This document shows, piece by piece, positions 43,648 through 52,197 of a stretch of DNA of 64,000 nucleotides. Below the pieces are notes generated by a model. It did no database searches, had not been told where the DNA came from, and was given only the letters and a program-made list of their open reading frames with translations. The position numbers were made by a program, and so were the translations under genes. The stretch's first letter is position 1. Each line of letters starts with the position of its first letter. The stretch lies in the IMG/VR virus record IMGVR_UViG_2698536598_000002, positions 2,385 through 66,384 of that record; one strand, written 5' to 3'. Source of the stretch: a virus. Lineage: Duplodnaviria; Caudoviricetes.

Positions 43648-44354
43648 GACGACTCCTTCGGGGCGTTGTTGCGCGCCTGCTTCTTCTTGGCGCGCTGGCG
43701 ACGGTCCTGCAACGTTCGGCACGTCCGGCAGCGCTTGGTGCCGCTCGGATCGATGTAGGTGTTCTCGGGCGTGAACTCATGCCCGTGGACGCAGACTTCG
43801 GGGTCTTCTCGTCGCTGCCCCTGCTTGCTGTGGCTGGGAACATCGACGGTGTAGGGGCGCGCCTTGGCCTCCGCGTACCGCCGTCGACCACGCTCGCGCT
43901 GGCATGTGAGGCAGCCTCGCCCGGTGGGCACCGCGACCGTGTTTTCAGGGGTGAACTCGTGCCCCTTCTGGCAGTGCGTCTTGCGAAAGTTGATCGCGGC
44001 GCGCGCTATCGGGGAGCGGAGGACGTTCTCCCGGCAGGTCACCGGCTCAAGGTGCGCGGGGTTGCAGCATGCGTGGACCCGGCAGAGGTGATCGAGGTGC
44101 AGTCCTGCGGGAATCTCGCCAACCAGCACCATGTAGGTGACGCGGTAGACGGGAAGGATCTTCCGTCGCAGGCTGAAGCGCCCATAGTCGAGCTTCGTCC
44201 GCTGTCCGGTCCAGATCCAACAGCCGTCCTCGTTGGGCTCGACGGGAGCCCAGAGCCGGTGCAGCTGCTTCTCGGTGAGTCGGTGCCGTGTTCCGTCGGG
44301 AAGCGTCACCGGCTTCATGCCTTCGAATGGCGCAGAAGGGGGAGTGCTCATCAC
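43644..44354 (-). CDS. HNH (homing-type) endonuclease
   Basis: CWIWTG...YGRF...LDHLCRVHACCNPAHLEPV; two GHEFTPENT repeats. Confidence 0.9.
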   Translation of the reverse strand: MMSTPPSAPFEGMKPVTLPDGTRHRLTEKQLHRLWAPVEPNEDGCWIWTGQRTKLDYGRFSLRRKILPVYRVTYMVLVGEIPAGLHLDHLCRVHACCNPAHLEPVTCRENVLRSPIARAAINFRKTHCQKGHEFTPENTVAVPTGRGCLTCQRERGRRRYAEAKARPYTVDVPSHSKQGQRREDPEVCVHGHEFTPENTYIDPSGTKRCRTCRTLQDRRQRAKKKQARNNAPKESS

Positions 44355-44569
44355 GCGGCCTCGTCTTCGAGAGCGAGCAGCGCATCGACAGCACTGCTGG
44401 GGATTCGGATCGCTCCCCCGCGCCGGGTCTCGCCCTCTACTCGGGGCTGCCCGTACTGGATCGACGGCAGGTATCCGCTGGCAGCCCAGCGGTAGACGGT
44501 CGGCTTGGAGACCCGCAGCAACATTGCGGTCTCCGCCACGGTGAGCAGCTTTTGGGCCGCAGGCAGCAT
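44351..44569 (-). CDS. Excisionase-family HTH protein
   Basis: LLTVAETAMLLRVSKPTVYRWAASGYLPSI. Confidence 0.88.
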   Translation of the reverse strand: MLPAAQKLLTVAETAMLLRVSKPTVYRWAASGYLPSIQYGQPRVEGETRRGGAIRIPSSAVDALLALEDEAA

Positions 44570-44608
44570 CTGGCTCTCCAATCCAGGAGTTGGGGTGTCG
44601 ATGTCTCG

Positions 44609-44640
44609 ACTGTATTAGGTGTGCGGTTCTGTTGCAACAG
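44609..44640 (-). promoter_or_regulatory. Sigma70/HrdB-type promoter of the leftward transfer operon, with an overlapping 12-bp palindrome
   Basis: TTGCAA-N17-TACAGT on the minus strand; CTGTTGCAACAG at 44629-44640. Confidence 0.6.
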
Positions 44641-44751
44641 TCGTGGGGGCGTCAATCGCTCTCATCCGCTCCGCACGAGCGCCTGAACTGGCCCTATCGT
44701 TGGGAAGGTGTTCAATACAGCTGGAGAAGTCGCCCACCAAAGGAGGAGCGA

Positions 44752-45288
44752 GTGTCAGACGCCCAATGGACTGGCGCCTCAGCGCCCTACATTCGCCCCA
44801 ACCAGGGCGACGCCTGGGGCAAGGAGGCTGCAGCGCAAGGGCGCACCGGCACGCAGCACATCCTGTTCGCCGGCGAGGCGGCCGCACCTACAGAGGTCGC
44901 ATCTGCACTCGACATCAAGGAGGGGCACCCCGTGATTCTCCGACGGCGGCTGATCCTTCTCGATGAGATTCCCGTCGAGATCGCCAGCTCGTATTGGCCG
45001 CTCAGCGTTGCTGCCGACACGCCCCTCGCAGTACCAGGCAAGGTGAAGGGTGGGGCTCCAACTCTGCTCGCCGGTCTGGGCTATACGCCTCACGGCGTCA
45101 CGGAGAACGTCCGGACCCGCCCAGCGACGCCTGCCGAGCTTGAGACTCTCGCGATGTCGGATGACAGCGAATGGGTCCTGACGCTGCGCCGGACGATCAA
45201 GAACGACTCCGACCGACCCTACGAGGTGTTCGTCAGTGTGGCTCCCGGCCGCATCGGGCAGCTCAACTACTCGATGAAGGCGGGCTGA
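44752..45288 (+). CDS. Stand-alone UTRA domain protein (no HTH)
   Basis: LRRRLILLDEIPVEIASSYWP...E.V.TRPATPAE...L; AAGGAGG RBS. Confidence 0.85.
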   Translation: MSDAQWTGASAPYIRPNQGDAWGKEAAAQGRTGTQHILFAGEAAAPTEVASALDIKEGHPVILRRRLILLDEIPVEIASSYWPLSVAADTPLAVPGKVKGGAPTLLAGLGYTPHGVTENVRTRPATPAELETLAMSDDSEWVLTLRRTIKNDSDRPYEVFVSVAPGRIGQLNYSMKAG

Positions 45289-45290
45289 CC

Positions 45291-46052
45291 ATGGCAGACG
45301 AACGCCCCGACGGCAGTGTCTGGTCCTCACAGGAGCAGATCGCCGCCTACATCCGCGACCGGATCATCAACGGCGATTTCGAACCGGGCGAGAAGTTGCC
45401 GTCTCTGCGACAGCTCGTGTCGCAATTCGGTGTCGCGCCAAACACCGTCCGGGCTGCAATCGCGACACTCGCGAGCGAGCGCCTGGTGATCTCCGAGCAA
45501 GGGCGCGGCGTGATCGTGCGCCATCACCGGCAGTTGACCATGCGCCCGGCCGCTTACAAGAACCCGGCGCCACAGGGCGAGAAATACCAGTGGCTGGCGG
45601 AGAACGAGAAGCGCGGCATGACCGCGAAGGCGAAGTTGCTGCATGTAGGCGAGGTCATCCCGCCAGCCGCCGTGCGGGAAGCCTTCCAGCTCGGCAAGAA
45701 CAAGCCCGCGCTGCTGCGGCGGCAGGTGCTCTCACTCGACGGCGAGCCGTGCGAACTTGTCGAGGTGTACCTCCCGCTCGACATCGCGGCAGGCACCAAG
45801 CTGATGAACAACCACCTTCTCCGAGGCGGATCGGGTCGAGTCCTTGAAGACCTCGGTTACCCGAGCATCCGCTGTGAGGACAGAGTGTCGGCGCAGCTGC
45901 CGACACCGGAGCAGTACGCAGCCCTACAGATGCCGACCAAGCTCCCGATCCTGCGCACGTTCCGCACCACGTTCAGCACCGACGACCGTCCGATCCAGGC
46001 AGAGATCATGGCGAAGGCTGGCCATCTCTACGAGCTGCAGTACGACTTCTAG
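45291..46052 (+). CDS. GntR/HutC-family regulator (HTH + UTRA), KorSA/TraR-like
   Basis: QIAAYIRDRIINGDFEPGEKLPS...FGVAPNTVRAAIATL..E.LV...QGRG; C-terminal UTRA. Confidence 0.93.
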   Translation: MADERPDGSVWSSQEQIAAYIRDRIINGDFEPGEKLPSLRQLVSQFGVAPNTVRAAIATLASERLVISEQGRGVIVRHHRQLTMRPAAYKNPAPQGEKYQWLAENEKRGMTAKAKLLHVGEVIPPAAVREAFQLGKNKPALLRRQVLSLDGEPCELVEVYLPLDIAAGTKLMNNHLLRGGSGRVLEDLGYPSIRCEDRVSAQLPTPEQYAALQMPTKLPILRTFRTTFSTDDRPIQAEIMAKAGHLYELQYDF

Positions 46053-46066
46053 GCGTCCGTGATCCC

Positions 46067-46092
46067 GCCCCCGACTCGTTCGAGTCGGGGGC
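46067..46092 (+). terminator. Stem-loop after GntR gene
   Basis: GCCCCCGACTCG/CGAGTCGGGGGC. Confidence 0.7.
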
Positions 46093-46443
46093 TCGTGCTG
46101 CTGCGGGCAAGCGCACGGACTAGCCACTGTGTGGATTTGCTAATACAGTTGCGTGCAAGTGAGAGTGTCCGCCGCCACACACTCAGTTAGGAGCGGCATG
46201 CCCGAACCGTCGACCGCGTGAGGGACCGGCTAGGTTCGGTCACGTGACGGCGGTTCCCCGGATTTATTTGACAGCGCTGGGAGCATTCATACAGGCGCCG
46301 TTCACCGGGCGTTCAGGGCGGTCATCACCTGCCCGGAACGCGAACGGCCGGGCGGTCATCACCCGCCCGGCCGTAGTTCGACCAGCGAGTCATCACCTCG
46401 CTGACCAAGACACCCGCTCACCGTGAAGAGAGAAGGAATCTCC

Positions 46444-46875
46444 ATGAGCGTAGCAAGCCCCGAGTCCGCCGTCTCCGTCGCGCCTCGTCTCGTTCCGGCC
46501 TCCATCGGCCGCCCCGGCCGTGTCCAGACGGTGTGGATCCAGTGCTTCGCCTGGTGCACGGTGGATCACGTCGAGAACCGTGAGGTGGCGCTGGAAGACG
46601 TCACCCACTACGGGCCGGGCCCGTTCGTGCAGGTACCGACCCTGCTGGACGACTCGACGGCCGTGCACGAGTGGTACGTCAACATCATGTCCGACCCCGC
46701 CAGCGACGACCCGCGCATGCGGGCTGCGCACCTGGTCGTCAGTGCCGCCAGCCCGGAAGACGCCCACCTCACCGAGGAACAGGGCGAAGAGTTGGCCGCC
46801 GAGCTGATTCGCATGGGCACCGAGATCCGCCAGGCCCTGCGCACGTGCCGCCTGGCGAACGTGCCCGCCGCCTGA
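46444..46875 (+). CDS. DUF6907-like protein
   Basis: C..WCTVDH...H.G...LTEEQGEELAAEL. Confidence 0.7.
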   Translation: MSVASPESAVSVAPRLVPASIGRPGRVQTVWIQCFAWCTVDHVENREVALEDVTHYGPGPFVQVPTLLDDSTAVHEWYVNIMSDPASDDPRMRAAHLVVSAASPEDAHLTEEQGEELAAELIRMGTEIRQALRTCRLANVPAA

Positions 46876-46894
46876 CCCTGCGCAACACAAAGCC

Positions 46895-46920
46895 GCCCCC
46901 ACGCCGTCTGGCGTGGGGGC
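46895..46920 (+). terminator. Stem-loop
   Basis: GCCCCCACGCC/GGCGTGGGGGC. Confidence 0.7.
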
Positions 46921-47115
46921 GCTACGGTCAGTGACTGCGTGATCCTCTTCGTGCAAGCGTGCGGCTGCCGGTTGGCCAAGGGGCTGCTTGCCCCGCTAGC
47001 AGCACGCCTCTCTACCGCATTCTCCGTCGCCTCGCCGGTCTCACCGGCCCTTGCGTTCCCCACCTATGCCAGCCGCCGTAGGGTGGCTTGGCCCACCACG
47101 AAAGGACCTTGCCTG

Positions 47116-47505
47116 ATGCGCCCCGCTGAGTTCCGTGACTACCTGCTTGACCTGCTGAAGAACAGCCCTGACGTGCAGAAGGTGCAGGTCATCGAGTCGG
47201 GCAAGCATCCGTATGCGCTGGCTGCGACGGTGGCGGGCAAGGATCAGCGCTGGCAGGTGATTGGGCAGCTTGCGGATGGCGCCAAGCACGACGCCCCGAC
47301 TGCACCGGTGCAGGCTGGCCCGCCTGCGTTCACTGCGGCGCCGGTGGATGGTCCGCCGGACGCCTGGCTGGCGGGTGTGATCGGCGCTGCGGAGCCGGCG
47401 GACACGGAGCGAATCCAGGTGTGGTCGTCCCGCGAGGACAAGAAGGACCCGGGGCTGACCGTGTTCTTCCATAACAGTGAGCGTGCTTTCGTGCGCCTGG
47501 TCTGA
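47116..47505 (+). CDS. Hypothetical protein
   Basis: AAAGGA RBS; 129 aa. Confidence 0.7.
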   Translation: MRPAEFRDYLLDLLKNSPDVQKVQVIESGKHPYALAATVAGKDQRWQVIGQLADGAKHDAPTAPVQAGPPAFTAAPVDGPPDAWLAGVIGAAEPADTERIQVWSSREDKKDPGLTVFFHNSERAFVRLV

Positions 47506-47584
47506 GCGTTCCCTGGGGGCTTGCTGGCTGGTGCACGGTGGTGCAGCACACGTCGGCACCATCCCAACAGCCAAGGGAGCTGCT

Positions 47585-47731
47585 ATGCGCGTCTTTGATC
47601 CCGGCCGGTGTTCTGCTGCATGTCCTGTATGCGGCGCTTATGGGAGTGCGGAGCCTGGGCAGCCGACTGCACCGCATCAGCCGCAGGGCAGTCGAGAGAC
47701 GTGCCCTGGTAGTGGCCAGCCAGCCGTCTGA
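47585..47731 (+). CDS. 48-aa Zn-finger-like micro-protein
   Basis: CPVCG...H...CPGSG; GGGAG RBS. Confidence 0.6.
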   Translation: MRVFDPGRCSAACPVCGAYGSAEPGQPTAPHQPQGSRETCPGSGQPAV

Positions 47732-47738
47732 CGAAAGT

Positions 47739-47770
47739 GAAAGCCCCCACCCGAGCGGGTGGGGGCTTTC
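47739..47770. terminator. Stem-loop terminator
   Basis: GAAAGCCCCCACCC/GGGTGGGGGCTTTC. Confidence 0.8.
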
Positions 47771-47862
47771 GTGTGCGCCCCCGTCTGCGCCCTTGTGGCC
47801 GGGTTGCACTGCCCTGACCGTGGTCTGTCAGTGGGGTGTCGCTTCATCGACAGGGGGACCAC

Positions 47863-48108
47863 GTGGATCGCAGGTTGGATGATGCCGTCGGCCGGCTGCT
47901 GCTCGGTTTGGCGGTGGTGTTGCATCGGACGGTGGCGGGTGGGGTGGCGCGGGTGCGGTGGCAGCAGCGGCGGAATGTGATGTTGCGGGCGGCGTATCGG
48001 CGTGGGGTGCCGGTGGAGTTACTGGCGGCGCGACTGGGGCTGTCGGCCGGGTGGGTTCGGCAGGTGCTGGCGGGGAAGAGGCCGCCGGCGGTGGAGGAAG
48101 CCGCCTGA
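47863..48108 (+). CDS. Small HTH-like protein
   Basis: AAYRRGVPVELLAARLGLSAGWVRQVL. Confidence 0.65.
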   Translation: MDRRLDDAVGRLLLGLAVVLHRTVAGGVARVRWQQRRNVMLRAAYRRGVPVELLAARLGLSAGWVRQVLAGKRPPAVEEAA

Positions 48109-48125
48109 CCTCTTGCAGCACGAAG

Positions 48126-48153
48126 GCGCCCCCGCACCGTGGTGTGGGGGCGC
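48126..48153. terminator. Stem-loop between convergent genes
   Basis: GCGCCCCCGCACC/GGTGTGGGGGCGC. Confidence 0.65.
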
Positions 48154-48202
48154 TTGTCATGCGGCGGCTCGCGTCGCCTGCTGGCGGGTCTGTGTGTCAG
48201 GG

Positions 48203-49534
48203 TTAGTCTTCGCGTGCCCAGAACTGGGTGGGGTCGGCCGGGGGAGGCGGCTGCCGCGCTTCTCGGGCGTCTTCGCACTTGGCGATGCGTGCACGCACGT
48301 CGGGGTGTTCGGCGAGCCAGTCGGGGAGCTTGGTGGTTTCGTAGATGTCGGCCATGCAAATCTGCGACACCTTGAGGTTCCTGGCGTAAGTAAGGTTCGC
48401 ATGGGCGAGTTCTACCGATGTGAGGTCTGCGCCTTCTAGGTCGGCTCCGTGCAGTACGGCTCCAGCCAAGTCAGCTTTCGAGAGATAGGCGTTCTTGAGG
48501 CTCGACATCTGCATTTTGGCGCAACGCAGGTTTGCGTCACTAAGCTGCGCCCCTTGAAGGTCGGCCTCGACCAGGTAGGCGTTGCTGAGAGTAGCCTTTT
48601 CCAGTTCTGCCTTGCGCAGGTTGGCTCCGACGAGTTCGGCCCAGCTGAGGTTTGCCATGGGAAGGCATACGCCGGGTAGTTGGGCCTGTATCAGGCAGGT
48701 TCCCTCGAGACGGACTTCAGGTGCATCCCATCCGGTGAGCTTGATGCCTCGCAGGTCGGTTCTGGGGCGTCCTTGCTGCCAGTCGCTCTGGAGGACGGTC
48801 AGGGCTGCCCGGATGTCTTCGGCGAGTGGGGTCCTTGCTATCTCGTGCTCGTCGAACTCGTCTGCGACGTAGGCCTCGATCTCGGGGGCTGTTCCGTCGA
48901 GGCGCGTTCGAACGTAGGCGGCAAGGACTGCGATGACTGTGGGGCGGTCTTTCTCGGAGTCTTTCATGATGCGTTCTAGGGCGTAGATGCCGCCCAGGAT
49001 CTCGTACCGTTCCTTCGATGCAAGCAGCTTGATCGCTTCGATGTACCGGCCGGTGACCTGCCCTTCCCGAGTGAGATCGGCTTGCTTCTCGTCGCGGGCT
49101 TGGGTTTCGCGCAGCGTGGTCTCGAATTGCTTCTGGTTTTCGGCGAACTGGTCTTGCGCGTGCTGGAACTGCTCGCGTTCTAGTCGGTGCTTCTCGCGCG
49201 TGTAGTAGAGGCCGACGATTGTGAGGGCGCCGACGATGAGCGCGATGAGCATTGTGCGGAAGCCGGTGATGATGACTCCGGCGGCGGTGACGAGCTTGTC
49301 GTCTTTGAGGCGGTGGCCTTCGACCCACCAGGGCGCCCAGACCAGCAGGATGATGAGCGTGACGGTGCCGGCTGTGCCGCTCGCAATGAGTCGGGTCCGG
49401 TGGCGGCGAGCATGGTTTTGCACTGCGGCCTTGTTGTCCGGGTCGGGTTTGGCCCGGTCGTGATAGGCCCAGATGAGGGTTCCGGCGAGGACGAGGACTG
49501 CTAATGCGAGGGCGATGTGTGGCAGGTAGTGCAT
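48203..49534 (-). CDS. Membrane-anchored pentapeptide repeat protein
   Basis: Three hydrophobic segments; GGIYALERI; A(N/D/E)L..A pentapeptide repeats. Confidence 0.9.
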   Translation of the reverse strand: MHYLPHIALALAVLVLAGTLIWAYHDRAKPDPDNKAAVQNHARRHRTRLIASGTAGTVTLIILLVWAPWWVEGHRLKDDKLVTAAGVIITGFRTMLIALIVGALTIVGLYYTREKHRLEREQFQHAQDQFAENQKQFETTLRETQARDEKQADLTREGQVTGRYIEAIKLLASKERYEILGGIYALERIMKDSEKDRPTVIAVLAAYVRTRLDGTAPEIEAYVADEFDEHEIARTPLAEDIRAALTVLQSDWQQGRPRTDLRGIKLTGWDAPEVRLEGTCLIQAQLPGVCLPMANLSWAELVGANLRKAELEKATLSNAYLVEADLQGAQLSDANLRCAKMQMSSLKNAYLSKADLAGAVLHGADLEGADLTSVELAHANLTYARNLKVSQICMADIYETTKLPDWLAEHPDVRARIAKCEDAREARQPPPPADPTQFWARED

Positions 49535-49715
49535 GTCGCTCCCGGATGCCGGCGTGCGGGGTTCATGCTCGGGATGATGTCCGCTGGCTGGTTGCGCAAT
49601 GCGGTGAGCGGCCGTGTTCAGAGGTGGAATTGAGCTTCAGTCGGGATGCGCCCCTGCCAGGTTGGCGGGGGCGTTGCCCGTAGCCTGGTCGTTTCGCCCG
49701 ACGAGAGGAGCCGTG

Positions 49716-49892
49716 ATGTCGGAGGAGTCTGCGCCTGGGGGCCCGTTGGGTACGGCGGCGCGGCAGGTGACGTTCCCTGACGGGTCTCGCGGGATCATTT
49801 TGGTGAAGGCGGGCACGTCGCAGGAGGACGCTGATCTACAGGCGGCTCAGGTATGGGCGGACCTGCCGGAGCCGGGCGCGCCGAACGAGTAG
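49716..49892 (+). CDS. Small hypothetical protein
   Basis: AGGAG RBS; 58 aa. Confidence 0.55.
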   Translation: MSEESAPGGPLGTAARQVTFPDGSRGIILVKAGTSQEDADLQAAQVWADLPEPGAPNE

Positions 49893-50097
49893 CAGGACGC
49901 AGTGCAGCGCCCTCGCAGTCAAGCAGCTGTGGGGGCGCTGCTGTGTCTAGACCGTCTGCCCGGCCGCCGCCTCTGTGTCGCCTGTGCCAGCCGGCTACGC
50001 GCGCCGCCTCGCCTGCCGCTGTGCGCCTGCGGTGGCACAGGATTCTCGTCTGATTGCCGCCGTGTGCCGCCACCGGTCTGGCCTGCACGCTCAGCGT

Positions 50098-50484
50098 ATG
50101 GGGGCGAATGGGGTGCGGCGTCTTGGCGGCGAGCAGCAGTTCACGTGCGCGCACTGTGGACTGCCGCAGGATCGGGTGCCGACCGCGGACCACGACTGGG
50201 TGATGCTGGAGCCGGACGTGGATGTGCTGGCGCATCTGGTGCCGGCGGAGCATCGGTGGATCGAGCTGTCGGATGGCCGGGTGACGGTGTACGCGGTGTG
50301 TCCACCGGATCCGTCGCAGCGGTGCCGTATCGAGCATCGGCTTGCCTGTTCGAGGCAGCAGCTGCCGGATCTGTGGCCGTGGCTGACCGTGTTGCGGCTG
50401 GAGAACGACCGGCGGTCGGAGCGGCTGGCTGCTGAGGAGTCGGCGCCGGTGTTGACGGAGGTCGAGCTGCCGGACGTCGGGTGA
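50098..50484 (+). CDS. DUF6083-like Zn-finger protein
   Basis: CAHCG...WVMLEP...EHRW...CRIEH.LAC; start uncertain. Confidence 0.7.
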   Translation: MGANGVRRLGGEQQFTCAHCGLPQDRVPTADHDWVMLEPDVDVLAHLVPAEHRWIELSDGRVTVYAVCPPDPSQRCRIEHRLACSRQQLPDLWPWLTVLRLENDRRSERLAAEESAPVLTEVELPDVG

Positions 50485-50509
50485 CGCCTCCTGCCTCTGA
50501 CGCGCGGAC

Positions 50510-50537
50510 GGCCCGCTGCTCGACGGAGCAGCGGGCC
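50510..50537 (+). terminator. Stem-loop
   Basis: GGCCCGCTGCTC/GAGCAGCGGGCC. Confidence 0.65.
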
Positions 50538-50783
50538 GCGTATCCCTTGCGGGACTGTGCCCCCAGGCGGATCGCCCACGGTACGCCTCGCTTGGGAGGC
50601 AGCGACAGTGCAGGGTGACGGCACACGTCTCGGCTCCCACTCTCTGGGCGGGGCTTCTTGTTGCCCAGATGCGTCTGCCTCTCCGCGGTCGCAGACTGGG
50701 ATATGAGGCCCCTCCTGGTCCTACTAAGCCATTGATTGGTGCGAACTAACCACCATTGAGATCCAGGAAGAGGGTGTCCTCAA

Positions 50784-51311
50784 ATGCGTTTTCGACACGC
50801 AGTTAAGTTCACCGTTCCGGCTTTCCTCGCCAGCGCCTTGACGTTGACGCTCGCGCCGAGTTCTGTAGGGGTGGATGGCCCGTTCCCTGAGGCTGGCCGC
50901 TACAAAACACAGGGCGGCCCCACAACCCTCTACGACGACGGGGATGTGCTAGTGGCGTGGGATACGAGCCGGGTCTTCAAGTGGGAGGGCGGCATCCCTA
51001 CGAGGTGGCAGGTCAACGTGACTTACTTCAACCGATCGGATGAGTCCGTCAACCTCACATGCGGCGGCTGGGACACGGACCAGGTGCGGGAGACCATCTA
51101 TCGCGAAGGGAAGTCCATCGGGTACGTGAGCGCCGAACGGGATTTGTGCAGCGAGAATCCCGACTGGAACAAGGATCTAGGCCCGAACGAGACCGTCAAA
51201 TCGTGGGCGATTTTCCACAACGTCCCTTGGTTGGGTGACCGCGTGGAGCTTCAGTGGGGGGATGTCGGAACTTCGCAACAGCTGAATCCATTTGGGGCTC
51301 GGATTCGGTGA
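50784..51311 (+). CDS. Secreted beta-rich protein
   Basis: Sec-type signal peptide; two Cys; visibly more A/T-rich than its flanks. Confidence 0.8.
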   Translation: MRFRHAVKFTVPAFLASALTLTLAPSSVGVDGPFPEAGRYKTQGGPTTLYDDGDVLVAWDTSRVFKWEGGIPTRWQVNVTYFNRSDESVNLTCGGWDTDQVRETIYREGKSIGYVSAERDLCSENPDWNKDLGPNETVKSWAIFHNVPWLGDRVELQWGDVGTSQQLNPFGARIR

Positions 51312-51376
51312 CCTGCCCTAACCTCTCACGCTCGGGATGCTTCAACAGTCCCTCGACTGGGTGATCGCATGCGTGC

Positions 51377-51407
51377 GCCCCCTCGGCCGCCGTCCGGCCG
51401 AGGGGGC
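51377..51407. terminator. Bidirectional stem-loop
   Basis: GCCCCCTCGGCCG/CGGCCGAGGGGGC between convergent genes. Confidence 0.75.
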
Positions 51408-51416
51408 ATCTTCGGG

Positions 51417-51662
51417 TCAGCCGAGGTGGGTGATCTGCAGGATCCGTAGTGTCTTGCGGGGTGCGTGGACGAGGAGGAGCACGGAGACGCTGTGGGTGAG
51501 TGCGAGGGTGCGGGTGACGCCGTCGTCGATGCCGTAGGGTTCGGTGGTTCCGAGCGGGTTTTCGCAGGTGGCGAGGATGGCCTGGTCGAATTCGTCGCGG
51601 GCCGGCTCGGGGAGGGAGTCCCAGACGGCTTCGATGATCACGTCGTAGCGCAGCTCGTACAC
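51417..51662 (-). CDS. RelE/ParE-like toxin
   Basis: YELRY...W.SLP..AR......I.....NP.G..E.YG.D.G..R...; 81 aa. Confidence 0.6.
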   Translation of the reverse strand: MYELRYDVIIEAVWDSLPEPARDEFDQAILATCENPLGTTEPYGIDDGVTRTLALTHSVSVLLLVHAPRKTLRILQITHLG

Positions 51663-51680
51663 GCGCTACAGCCTGTCAGG

Positions 51681-51965
51681 TCAGGCTGCTCCGCGTGACC
51701 CGATTCGTGCAGCGATCGCCTGGAGACGTTCGGTGCCGTCGATCCACTCCCCTGGGGGTTCTTCTCCGCGGGCTTCGGCGGCTGCGATCTCGCGTCCGCG
51801 CTGGACGGCGTCGAGGGTGCGCTGGGCAATGCCCTGCCACTTCACGAACACCTGCAGCAGTTCGTGTGCTGGCGCCCGGTTGATCTCGCCGAGGAAGCGT
51901 TGGGCCAGGTCAGGGTTGCCGAGGGCGTCACGGATGGACTCGATGGTCCACGGTTGCTCGCTCAT
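51681..51965 (-). CDS. Putative antitoxin
   Basis: 94-aa helical protein directly upstream of the toxin candidate. Confidence 0.55.
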   Translation of the reverse strand: MSEQPWTIESIRDALGNPDLAQRFLGEINRAPAHELLQVFVKWQGIAQRTLDAVQRGREIAAAEARGEEPPGEWIDGTERLQAIAARIGSRGAA

Positions 51966-52197
51966 CGGGATCCTCCATAACCTTTTGTACTACTCACTTG
52001 TCACGAGGGTAGCCGGAAAACGGTGTCGTTTTCCGGCTCTCTACCTACGCGGCCCGTCGTTCGGCCAGCGGCAGCTGGAGGGCTTCGCTGTGCCCGTACT
52101 TCGCGGAGCAGGCGGGGCAGCGGGCGGGCGCGCGCCGGGCCGGCTTCTCGCCGACGATGATGGGGCGGGCTTGGGTTTGGGTGCCTCTGCCGTGTGA

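Noticed and set aside
47585-47731. Cys-rich 48-aa peptide as a RiPP precursor
   Set aside because: No modifying enzymes or transporter nearby; the CxxC...H...C pattern fits a Zn finger better.
36067-51410. Independent AICE or plasmid inserted into the phage
   Set aside because: No integrase, RepSA/RCR Rep or flanking direct repeats seen, and transcription runs on into phage-type genes. A decayed insertion cannot be fully excluded.
52032-52197. Protein-like frame PIIVGEKPARRAPARCPACSAKYGH...
   Set aside because: No start codon or RBS after the in-frame upstream stop; possibly a remnant but unsupported.
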